Shown here one piece after another: positions 53,080 through 64,000 of a stretch of 64,000 nt of DNA. The first letter of the stretch is position 1. Each line of letters begins with the position of its first letter. A program made the translations under genes and the position numbers. Below the pieces are notes generated by a model. That model was not told the DNA's origin. It ran no database searches and saw only the letters and a program-made list of their open reading frames with translations. Origin of the DNA: the human T2T-CHM13v2.0 reference genome, Homo sapiens; NCBI RefSeq assembly GCF_009914755.1, contig NC_060929.1; one strand, given 5' to 3'.

Positions 53080-54151
53080 GAAAGGACACTTGTTTACAGT
53101 ATGAGCTGAGACAAGAAGGCAGAGGGTTTAACTTCAGCTGGACACTTGTACATCAGGTGACTCAGGTGTTTCAGTACTCTATGCATGTCTGCAAATGACC
53201 ATGAAAGCAATCATAAGTGTTGATTTTGGAGGTTACGAATAGAATTTAGTGAGCATGGCCTAGCCCAGATGTTTGGAGGTTGTTCAAGGCTGGGAGACAG
53301 TGGACAGAGCCATTGAGCCATAGGAAACATGGAGAGCAAGGAAGCCTCCACGTGGTCCCACAGCCAGCTGCTGGCCCAGCCCTGAGCAAAGGGAGGCTGA
53401 GGACTCTGAGGCCCTAGGCTAGACTAGGGCTGAGCCTGAATGGCTTTGTCCATAGTTACCCTGATGGATTTTCCACACGGAGCACTTCAGCTGTTTATGG
53501 CAGTGTGTTTATGTGGGTGGGTTGGGGGATATTTTTATTTTTTGGACATATTTTAAACATATACATGAGAAGGAATATACCGTTGCAGGATTTTCATTTT
53601 GCGTGCCCTTCTGTATTCTGCCCCCATTGGTTTTGCAGGGGACTGGCAGAAATGGGAACGTCATTTGAATTGGTTGTGTGTGGAGTTAGGAGCCTGAGCA
53701 TTCATGCAGAGGAAGGGGATGTATATGAATTCCCCAGTAGAGAATCCCCCCAGGCCTGGCTCAAGGGGGAAGGTGAGGAAGGGTGGGAGTAGGGCTGGGG
53801 AGGAGCAGAGCAGGACACCCCCAGTCTTCTAGGGCTCTTGGCAGAATTACCTACCCCCCATGAATCTTCTAGAGGCTGACTTTGAGACCTTGGAGGGTCC
53901 CTGGTCCCCACCAGTCACCTTAGCATCCAGGTGGTGAGGCCTCCCAGTCACCACACAGCAGAGCTGGTGCTGGGGCCCGGGCCTCTGGGCTGTGGACCTG
54001 TGCGCTTTTCACATCAGCACAGTGCCACGGCTGTTCCCTCTCACAGCGGCACTTCCTTTTCCTTCTTTTGTTAGAGACTGCTGTTAGCCCCATGGAGAGG
54101 CTAAGAACTTGGGTTTTGGAGTCAGACTGCGCATGTTGGAATCTTGGCTTA

Positions 54152-54544
<393 letters not shown>

Positions 54545-57500
54545 TCAGGGTTGCATTGAGGATTTAACCAGTTAATAGTTTAAAACCATTTAGAACAGTC
54601 CTGGCACAAAATAAGAGCTATGTGAGTGCTTGTAAAGTAAAGAAAATGTATGAAGTTGCCGTGTGATCTGGGGTAAGTTGCCCTTAGCCTCAGGTTATTC
54701 ATCTAAACAATGGGATGGATATTGATACCTACCACAAAGGGTGGCTATGACTCAGTATGATGAAGAATGAGCTTACGATGCTTAGCACAAGGTAAGCTTT
54801 ACAAAACTGTCAATGATTTGTATCATTGATATTATTATTAATTGGCAGCTGTCTCCCGGTTCAATTGGCAGTGTCTTGCCTTGAGTTCAGATGAGGGAGA
54901 GAGAAAATGCAAAGCACGAGCCAGGAGTTAGGGAGGCGAGTCGAGACTGCCGAGTCTGCATTCACAGGAGGCCAGAGGTGGCTTTTGGGCTTCCCCCTGG
55001 CAAGGACCCTGTCCCCAGACAGGTGGTGGTCTCAGGAATGAGTGGGGACCAGTTCTGTGTCCTCCAGCCACATCCTAGAGGGAACCTACCTTCCCTCTCC
55101 CAACAGGAGCCCAAGAAGCTGGTCAACAGTGCTTCCTTGGCAGAGTCTCCTGCCCAGGCGTCTGGGCAGATGTGTGGCCACAGGCTCTGCCAAGCAGGGG
55201 GAATGCCATTTGGAAGAAGTGGGTACGTGCAAAAAATTCCCTTCTGAAGTTCCTCTGGAAGTCTCAGGATATGCTTCACAGGAAGCGTCAGCACAATTTT
55301 CTAATCAAGTTGAAGTCTGTGGCCCGTAGTTAGAAACAATAAATGAAATGCAATTTGAGCCCACACTTTGCCTGAGTTTCCATTTCTGGAAGTGGGTGTG
55401 GATGAGAAGCTGGCCTTTCTGAGGGAAGAACTTGATCCTTGACCCTGACCATTCAGCCCCCAGCCTCACCATCAGCTTGCAGGGGTGGGACCCTAGGACT
55501 GTATTTTGGGTAATCATTGCAAATCCTGATTTTGATCTGGCAGGTCAAAGTCCACACTTCTCTGTAAATCAATGCACACCATTAAGCCCACTCTTTGTTT
55601 TTTCTCCTTCCAGAGCCTTCTACCTACCATGCTTAGAGTTTAGTCTTGGAGATCATTGTTTAATCAATATTAAACCATTCACGTAGTTTAAGTGTTTACT
55701 TATGTGCTTTGAATCATTGCTTGCAGTAAGAACAAGTGATGCCCCTAATCTGCCTTCACTACACTCCCCAATACCCTAATTATGTAATTTAGAAAAGAAC
55801 ATTTCCTGACAGCAGTTTCTCAGTGTGCAGCAACAAATGCCGACTGGGGACGGGACAAAACAACCCTGTAATAGCTAGCACATGGAGCCCGCTGCCTTGG
55901 TCCAGGCGGCCCTGGCTTGGGGCAGACGCCCGTCCATTTGGGTTAAGGCTTTCAAATGATGGCATATTAGTGCCAGTAGACGTAATTCCACATGAAAGGA
56001 GCTGAAGCTAATAGCCCATCTCCAGTCTCTCTTAGTTTGTGGAATAGGCCCTCATTGCAAATTATTACTGACCCAGACAGTCAGGAAGAGATATCTCACC
56101 CAGCCGGGGAGACTGACGCAGCCAAAGACGTATGCAAGAGGCCAAGGTTTAGACTAAACTCTGCTTTATGTCCTTGCCAACCCCCACCTCTACAGTCCAG
56201 GGGCAAGGCCTGAGTGTCCCCAATACATCCTTATTCCTTTTGGGGGCAGTTTGGAGGCTAGTGTGCCTTTTCATTCAAGCAAAGTAGGTATTTGAGGGGC
56301 TATGGAGTATCATGTTATGTGAGGGGCAGAATCCATGGCTTTAGATTATATTAGTTTAAGTACCATCTAATGAGGGTGGTGGTTGTGGGGGATAAGGACC
56401 CCAAATGCCTTTCTCCTCACCAGCCTGCTGGTGTCAGTGACTCGTATCTCAAGGCTGCTGCCCGGTGAGCAGAGCCCAGCTTGGCCTTCTCTGGCCAAGT
56501 GAGGCCTAAATGCTCACTGTGACCCAAGCTGCTTCCATAACAGGAATGAAAATCTACCTTTCCTGCTTCCCCTTCCCCCATGAGTGGTCCAACAAATATT
56601 CCGTTGCTATAGAAACCCAGCGGAAGGCTGAGTGGGCTCACCTGTCTCAGCAGGGTGATCAGTCAGCATTTGGGCATGGGTGCACAGCCGCTTCTCCCAG
56701 GCAGAGCCCAGCAGCTGTGGGCTGGTGTTGCTATGCAGCCTGCCAGCTGCCTAAAGCCCCAGGCTCTTGAAAGTCCCAGAGGATGGGTAGGGGATGAGGG
56801 AGAAGCAAAGTGAGCTGAGGAAATTTAAATTTGGCTGTGAATCTTAAACCAATTCTTTAGCCTTTCTAGAAGCACCAGTTGCTATGGTGATGGAAGCGGT
56901 GCCAATTGCAAGAGTTGTTTTTGTGGTTAGAGTGCCTGTCTTAGACAAAGGCAGGGAGGCCAACCCAGCAGCTTCAGTCCTCACTCCCTTCTAAGGATTG
57001 AACGTTGTCAAGCCCTAGCTCAGGAGGAGGGGTGACAGCCTTTCAGAATGCCCATCTTGCCCTAGCAGTTATTCTAGGGGTCTAGGGTCCCAGAAGGGAG
57101 TGGTCGCCAGGCATTCCAAGAGAGAACCCACAAGTAGGCTTACCGACAGAGAAAGGGCTAGTCAGTGATGGCAGATTTTGGAGTTGAAAATTTCTTTCTC
57201 GAGGCAAACTCACAATACAGTGTTCTTTATGGAGCCTTCTGCCACCCAGAGTCTGGTCACCTGCCCTTAGGGGTCTGCTCCTTCAGGCCACATTTTGACT
57301 TAGGCCTCAAATATCAGATCCCCTGAAACATTTCCTAAGTGACGGAATGGAGGCCTTTTCTATAGCCGAGGTGCTTGTGTAGCTCGTTAACTCTCAAAGT
57401 GTTTTACAAATATTTATTCACCTTAGGTCATTTGCAAACCTAACCCCTGTCATCCCACCCCAAGGTTGTCCCCTCCAGCCTAGTTGCCCAAAATGAAGTC

Positions 57501-57599
57501 AGAAGCCTTGGACTAAGAATTCCACGTTGGCTGATTTTGAAAAGCTTGCCTGAACGGTTTATTTCTCTAGTCTGTTCTTCTTAGAGTTCCAGAATGTGT

Positions 57600-60500
57600 C
57601 AGGACTTCCCAGTCCAGGCATGCAAAGCCCTTTGCCCTCCCTGCCAGAGGTGAGAGTATTTTATTTATGAATTCATTTTAAATTACTTTCAAAATCACTT
57701 TTAATCAAATTAAGACGCTCCCTCTGGGATTCTGTCAAAGCATCAGAATAAGAGGGCATTGGCTTGGAGCAAGGTATTTTAGGACAGGTAACCAGTTCCC
57801 ATTGACTTGCTTTCCTGGCTGACATGGACAGGTAGAGAAAGCCTATGTCATTTTGCTCTCTGAGATCCCTGAAGTGTATTTATTTCCTTGTAAGGAGGAA
57901 GGTCCCTGGGAATTGGAGGCCTGGATCCCTCCCAGGGGTGAACTCTGTGTGCCGAATGTTGGTGATATTTCTCCCAAGACTCACCCAGATGATTGCTGGG
58001 CTCCTGCCCCTCCCCATCTTCCCAGCAACCCACCACACTGAATTGATTGGGTTTACTGGCCTCAAAGTGGCCAAACCTGAATTTGCCTCAGCTTCTGGTC
58101 AGAACTTCTGACTAATGAAGGCTGACCCCTGGTGAATTTTCAGAAGCCATGACTTGCCTGCACTGAGCCTATTCTGCTGATAAGATAGGCTTTTGTGCAG
58201 AGCAGGCAAGAGGGTAGCAGCTTCAATAAGGTCCATATCAAGGTGATACTAATCCTTCGGCTGGCTAATGTTTGCCAAATAAATAGCCTCATTAGGAAGG
58301 GCTATAAAAGCCCGATAAGATTCTTCTAATTATCCCCCAAAGCACAAATACTTGGGGTTTCAGTTTAGCATAATAGGAGACGTGGAGAAAAGAGGGAACA
58401 ATGTGTGTAAGTGAATATTTTCAACACCGGCCTCACCGCCGCTAACAGCGGCACATCTAGCATTTCATATTTTGCTTTGCCAGAGCAGCAAATTGCTGAA
58501 CAGAAGGGAAAAAAAGACAATTACATATTTTAGGTTACTATTTCACCTTTGCAAATCAATATACAAGCCATTAAAAGTACATTTTTCCATGAATGATAAG
58601 TGTAATTACCTCTTCTTGCCATAAAAACTTGTCCTTATTAAATGTAAATATTTAAAAATGATTGAAATATACTTGAAGGGTGCTTTATAGCTTGATTTTA
58701 TATGCTGACATCTGGGTTGCCTTTCCTAAAACACTCTATTTCTTGGAGAGTTATTAAATTAGTATTTTGAAAGGACTAACACTAGACTTGTTCCTTGTTT
58801 CCATTTTAATTTCGTACATATTTAGATTTACCAGGAATTCGGAGAGGGTTTATGTTTAGCTAATGCATCATTATGTTTGCGGGGCTTGCACACACGTAGA
58901 AGCCATGATATTGTTTGCAGAGGGAATCTTTCAAGAATTGGTAACTGCATCTCCACATTTATTTTGTACCCTTGCAAAGTATAAAAATTGAGATTCCAAG
59001 ATTTCTGGCTGTAAATGTTTAATTTTCCAATTCTTCTTTTGAGCAAGGAAGATTGTTTTAAATATTTACTTAGCTTTTAATTGCACATCATTTCAGATAG
59101 CGAATGCCGATCAGTTTTATTGTAGCTCTGTCGGAGGTTATTTAACTCTTAGAAAGATGTACACTGTGATACTTTTTTCAGCTTCACTCTTTGGAAGAGA
59201 TTTTTTTTTTCTTTAAACATTATTATTTTTAGTTGCTGCACTCTACCTCTATTTTTGGTAAGGTAAGACTGTTCAATTCAATACTTTGAGAGAATTTCAG
59301 ACAATGATAGAAAATCTAATATTTGAAAATATAAGCTTCACTAACATACCTAATTCCAGATGGCAAAAAGACCTTGCCCAAAAATGTGAAAGAATTCAGT
59401 ATGAGTGGCTCAAATATTTTTTCATGATAAACAAATATTTCTGGGATGGATGTGTTTCTGAGCTCTGCATAGGAAAGCAGCCATCCATGCAAGCCGTGCT
59501 GGGCTACCCTTCAAACCCTCTTTACTCTTTTCCTTTCACTATGTTAAATCCTTGAGATGTGTAAAGATGTTATGATAGGCAGTGGGTCAAGTAATCTGCA
59601 CATGTAGCTTTTTATAAATTTTTCTTTGCAGAGGAAAATTTTTCTTCAAATAAACCTCCCCAAATAAATGGTTTGTAAAAACAAAAGTCTATTTGTTTTG
59701 AAATTGCACACAAGAAAACATGTTATAACAATATCTTTGAGTTCCGCCTGAGAAAAGAAATTTACCTATAGTCAGCGATTTCCTTCATGATAAGGCTTTA
59801 AAAAATAAAGTTGTCTCTTGGGAGAAAATAAACATAGCGAAGTGGAGATATTTATAATGAGGTGCCTTTATTCACTTGTCCAGTGGAACTGTTTAACTGT
59901 TGTTTTATCTCTCCTCTCTTTCTTTCTTTATAATTATGTTCATGCAAATTCCTGAACCTTAAGCATTTTAGAAATGTGTTATCTTAAATTACACAGATAC
60001 TTCTTGAATGTGCAAATGTGCCATTTTTTCCCCCACTTGAAGTAGAAACTGTAAACAAGTCTTGAAATTTTTTTTTTGCCCAAACTCGTGGCAAAATGTC
60101 TGGGGTTTGGGGCTATTTTCACAGTGCCACTGAAGGTGAGCAAACGAATGGGAACATGCGCCGATCACCAGTCAGTGACTTGGGAATTTTTCAGGAGGCA
60201 TATTTTCTTACGTTAATGCTTTTGTAGATTCCATCGATGTTCAGACATCAAAGGGCATGCAATTAATAATGGGCATCTGGAGGGCCGATCACATGTTTCC
60301 GATGTTAAAGTGGTGAACGACAGGAAAATCGGCCACGGTCAGGTATTAGCTGTAATCATTTTTAACCAACAACGAAGGCTTCTCTTTTGTGCCTCTGCTC
60401 TCAGAAACGCAAGCCTTCCCATACAAAAGGGTCCCATAGATGCTTTTCTGCTAGTGAATGAGTGAGTGATAAATGATTTGTAGACCTACGTCTCAGTGTT

Positions 60501-61860
60501 GATTCAAATAACCTTAATTTCTCCAATAAACTCAAACCCAATTTTGTGTGAAACCCCACATGGACACAAGGCAACAGACAGTTGTATTATTTGAATCTTT
60601 AGTTAATTCTTTCAGGTTTGCTCCTTTATTTGTATTTTTTAAAAAAATAAACGAATATTTTCTAGTACTAGAATAAGATTGCTTCAACCAAAGGTGACCT
60701 TATGAGTTATTTATTTCCTGTCTTTTATAGTAGCCTGTTTATCTTTTCCAAAGTGATGTATGTTACCCAATTCCAAGTAATATAAGATATGCAGGTAAGA
60801 CTGTGTTAAAGCTCAACAAAAATGTTCTAGAGAAATACAGTGCTTTGGGCTCTAAACACTCCAGCAGGTATAGAAACCTGCAACTCTTTAAAAATAATTC
60901 TCATTTGAGTAGGTCACAGATAATAAAGGAACACTTGTTTCTGGGAAATTAAAAAAATGACATGAGGGGAAAATATTTATTTGCTTTCTACATTGGTCAA
61001 ATGACTAGTGGATATTAAAAACCTGTAAAATAGACAGATGCAACCAATTCTCTTTCATTAACAAATATTGCAATTTCACAATAAAGTAAATGCATTAAAA
61101 AATGTCTACACTTCTGAGAAGCTGAAATGGTCAGAACTTGAGCTTGCTTTAAATGTTTAAAGACTGATATTCTAATCAGTTGGGGGAAAATTATTATTAT
61201 AAGTCTTTAAAGAACTAACTTGAATTTTAAAGCCTCCTTTGGCTGTTCAGGTAGCAAAAACTCTGATCAACTCTGTGTACATTTCTGTACATTTGCCTCT
61301 TGACTCAATCTGCCCGGTCACCAGCTTTGTTTTCTTTCTAAGTATAAGCCGTATGTATCGGCAGCACATTTTAAAGTTAATTTGAAGCAGGGTCTATATT
61401 GCCGTCAGCAAATATGTTATAAGCTTATTATTTAATAGTGATTCCGGGGTAAGGCCATCATCTCCTTCCTAAATCCAAATATAAAAGTTGAAATCGTATT
61501 TGTTAAAACTGTCATGTTGAATTTGTGGCCCAGATTGTTTTCCCGAGGCCTGCTGGGCCAGAGCTCGAATGCCGCTCCCAGCTGCAGACACCCCAGCCCA
61601 GGAAAACTGCTCGCGGCTGAGTCGCTGAGCCTCTCAAACCGCCTGCTTCCCCCAAACAGAGCCACGGCCCAGCCGGCTCGCTCATGGCTTTTCCACATTG
61701 TAAAATCATTTGATTTATTTGTTTGGTTTGGTTTGGTTTTTAGAAGCGCTGCAGAAATTATTTCCTACTGGCAGAGAGGGCACTTGGTGTTACACTACAT
61801 TAGTTTCACATCATTAGTTTAGGGTTCTCAAACTTAAAATGGTAAAGTATATGCGAGGCT
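57600..61860. promoter_or_regulatory. AT-rich, repeat-free block; probable cluster of conserved non-coding enhancers
   Basis: Abrupt compositional shift, no recognisable TE, many TAAT/GATA/FOX/TCF motifs and locally retained CpGs; conservation is inferred, not tested. Confidence 0.6.
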
Positions 61861-62099
61861 TCTAGAGACCTCAGTTCTGACCAGAGCAGAACAAATTAAA
61901 CCTGATGGATTCCTTTCGCTGTCTGTGTAGTGTGGGGCAATGCAGAACAAAGTGCTGTGGCGTTGCGGAAGGGGTTCCCTCTGGCAGTTTTGGAATTTGG
62001 TGGTAGGAAATGTTAGTTATTTATAAAAAGGAAAAATTCCTCTGTTACCATTCTGGTTTTCACAAAAACCGTAATTTTATCATCACGGCTTGTAGCAGG

Positions 62100-62950
62100 A
62101 AGCCAACAAGGGGTGCCGATGACGGCCACGACCCCGTATCTCTGGGCTGTCTCTCTCACCTCCATCGGCCACTGCCTGCTTGCTCTTTAGGAGCAAAGGA
62201 CATGATTTAGAAGTAATTCAAAACCCCGTCGCGGGACCCAGAACAGCCCAGATGGTCTGGCCCTGGCCTGGGGTCTGCGGGGGTGGGGGTGCCAGCCCCG
62301 GGGGTGGAGTCGAGGTCGGCTCCCGGCCAGGTCCCGCGACGGGTCTGCACGCAGCCAGGGAGGCCTGAGGGGGCAGCTGCGGGGCTGGCGGCCAGGAGCT
62401 GCTTCGCGGCTTGCGGCGCAAAGTAGAGGCCCCGCTAGCTCGCTCCCGCACGCCGTTCTGCGCCTTCTCTTCCTAGCCCCGGCAGGCTCTGTCTTCCCCC
62501 GTGGGTCGCAGCGAGAGGGAGACCTCGGCCTCTGCCGCTGCAGCCTGAGACCCAGCCGCGGGCCTCAGGTGCGCGCTCCCCGAAGCTCTCCTGCCACCTG
62601 TTGGCCGCCGGTGGTGCTGACGCTACGGGGAGAAGCCACGCTTCAGTGGCTTGCCTGGAATTCATGACTTGTGCGCTCCACGTCCTGGGCTGGCCGACCT
62701 GCTGAGGGTATCTCTGAGAGCAGGAGCCAGGCCGTCCCGGGCTCTCCTGCGACAGTGCGGTGGGAGAGCCTTAGCGGGAGCCAGGCTGCGCCATGGCTTC
62801 CTCTGGACAGTTCTGCTGGCGTGCCCTGCTTGGCGGGGTACAGTGGGGCAAGCGGGGTATAAACCCGCTTGTTCAGCTTGGGAGCAGGCTCTACTTCCCA
62901 AGAGCAGCACAGGGGCTTCCGCCGGAAGTCAGGAAGAAGGTTTGAGGAGC
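62100..62950. promoter_or_regulatory. CpG island (promoter or Polycomb-type island)
   Basis: High GC with dense CpG (gtcgcgggac, gcttcgcggcttgcggcgc, gctcgctcccgcacgccg); ETS site CCGGAAGT near 62922; TATAAA at 62858. Confidence 0.85.
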
Positions 62951-64000
62951 TTCAGATCCAAGGACGGTGCCATGCCTTTTCATTGGAAGTCATGGACCAC
63001 CCTCAAATATCATGGATTAGCCATTCTGTTCCCAGGGGCTGGGTTCCTAGGTATCCACCACAAACAGGCTTGAATCTACCCACACAAACAACCCTATCAG
63101 GAAGTCTCCAGCAAAGTGGGGCTCTTGGTGGCTGTTTTGGGTTTTGGGTAGAAGGTAGTATAGCAGCTATATTTCTAAACCATGGGGGCAAAACTAGATA
63201 TCTATGTCCTGAGGGGACTGAGTTTTGTGAATGGATTTGGCCTGTGAGGATGTCACATGGGGCTCAGTAGCACTGAGGGGAGAGGCTGTGTGTGGTGATA
63301 CTCTCATTCCTGTCTTGGGGAAGGGGGCCTGGAGCCATGACTTTCCCCTAGGCCTTTTCAGAAGGGGCTGGGAATCACAGTAGATGTTTGTCAATGGAGG
63401 AGCCTTGGCCCCATTTCAGACGCAATGTTTTCTCGTTCTGTGGTGGTTTTATACACAAAGGCTGTGTCCTGCTTGGCCACGCCTGCCTGCAGCATGTGCA
63501 AGCATGATACTTGGCGTCTGGGTGCAGCAGGGCATCCGTGCTCCATGCTGCGCGTCCAGCATGGCTGGACTGCCCTTGCACCCTCATTTTACCAGCACAG
63601 GTCAAGCAGTTCCCATGGGGCCTTCAGCTGGTAGCAGCAGGACCCATGGGTATCTAACCCAGACACCTTCTCTCTCCCCTATAGAGGGAGTTGGCTGTCA
63701 AAGCCCAAGGATGTCTGTTTTTAGGTGATTGTCTCCTGGCTTATCTGAGGCCAAAATGTTCTTACCTCCTGGTCTCTGAGATCATAGAAAGAGACTCTGG
63801 TATTTGGCCAAATGGCTGCTCAGAACCTAGTCCTGAAAAGTTATTTTCTTAGTCAAGGGGCTCATGCAAGCCCTGGACTAGGGGTGATTTAGTTGTGTTT
63901 TTTCAGCTCACCTCATAATTTAATGTAGAAAAAATTATTTGGCATGTTTTCTCCTGGGTGCCGACTGCCTTTAGAGCCAGCCGTTCTGTACGGAGAAATG

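Larger units (their letters stand above)
52110..53255. mobile_element. MER82-like TcMar-Tigger element split by MER30 and an Alu
   Basis: tagttatgttctataaagtc..gaattagcaaatact..ggttcctgtgagc; aaaggacacttgtttacagtatgag..tgattttggaggttac. Confidence 0.8.

Noticed and set aside
54850-64000. Naming the locus or neighbouring gene
   Set aside because: No exon of a recognisable gene is present, so any name would be a guess without BLAT.

Overview
This is primate (probably human) non-coding genomic DNA, with no supportable protein-coding gene, RNA gene or CRISPR array. From 1 to ~54.8 kb it is moderately GC-rich unique sequence with a dense interspersed-repeat record: ten Alu copies or fragments, L1PA and older L1M pieces, THE1 and MLT1 LTRs, hAT-Charlie, Tigger (MER82) and piggyBac (MER85) MITEs, and MIR/L2 relics, several nested and with visible target-site duplications. 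From ~54.9 kb to the end I see no recognisable transposon. An AT-rich, motif-dense block (~57.6-61.9 kb) runs into a CpG island (~62.1-62.95 kb), a layout typical of conserved enhancers near a developmental regulator. The most unusual signal is a ~155-bp non-TE inverted duplication (6476-6629 / 8214-8371): 10 of its 11 substitutions keep G-U pairing in a + strand RNA, and it brackets a strong splice acceptor. There is also a 90-bp direct duplication (47568 / 49696) and several candidate + strand non-coding exons. Repeat names come from recall of consensus sequences, boundaries are approximate, and I could not identify the locus.
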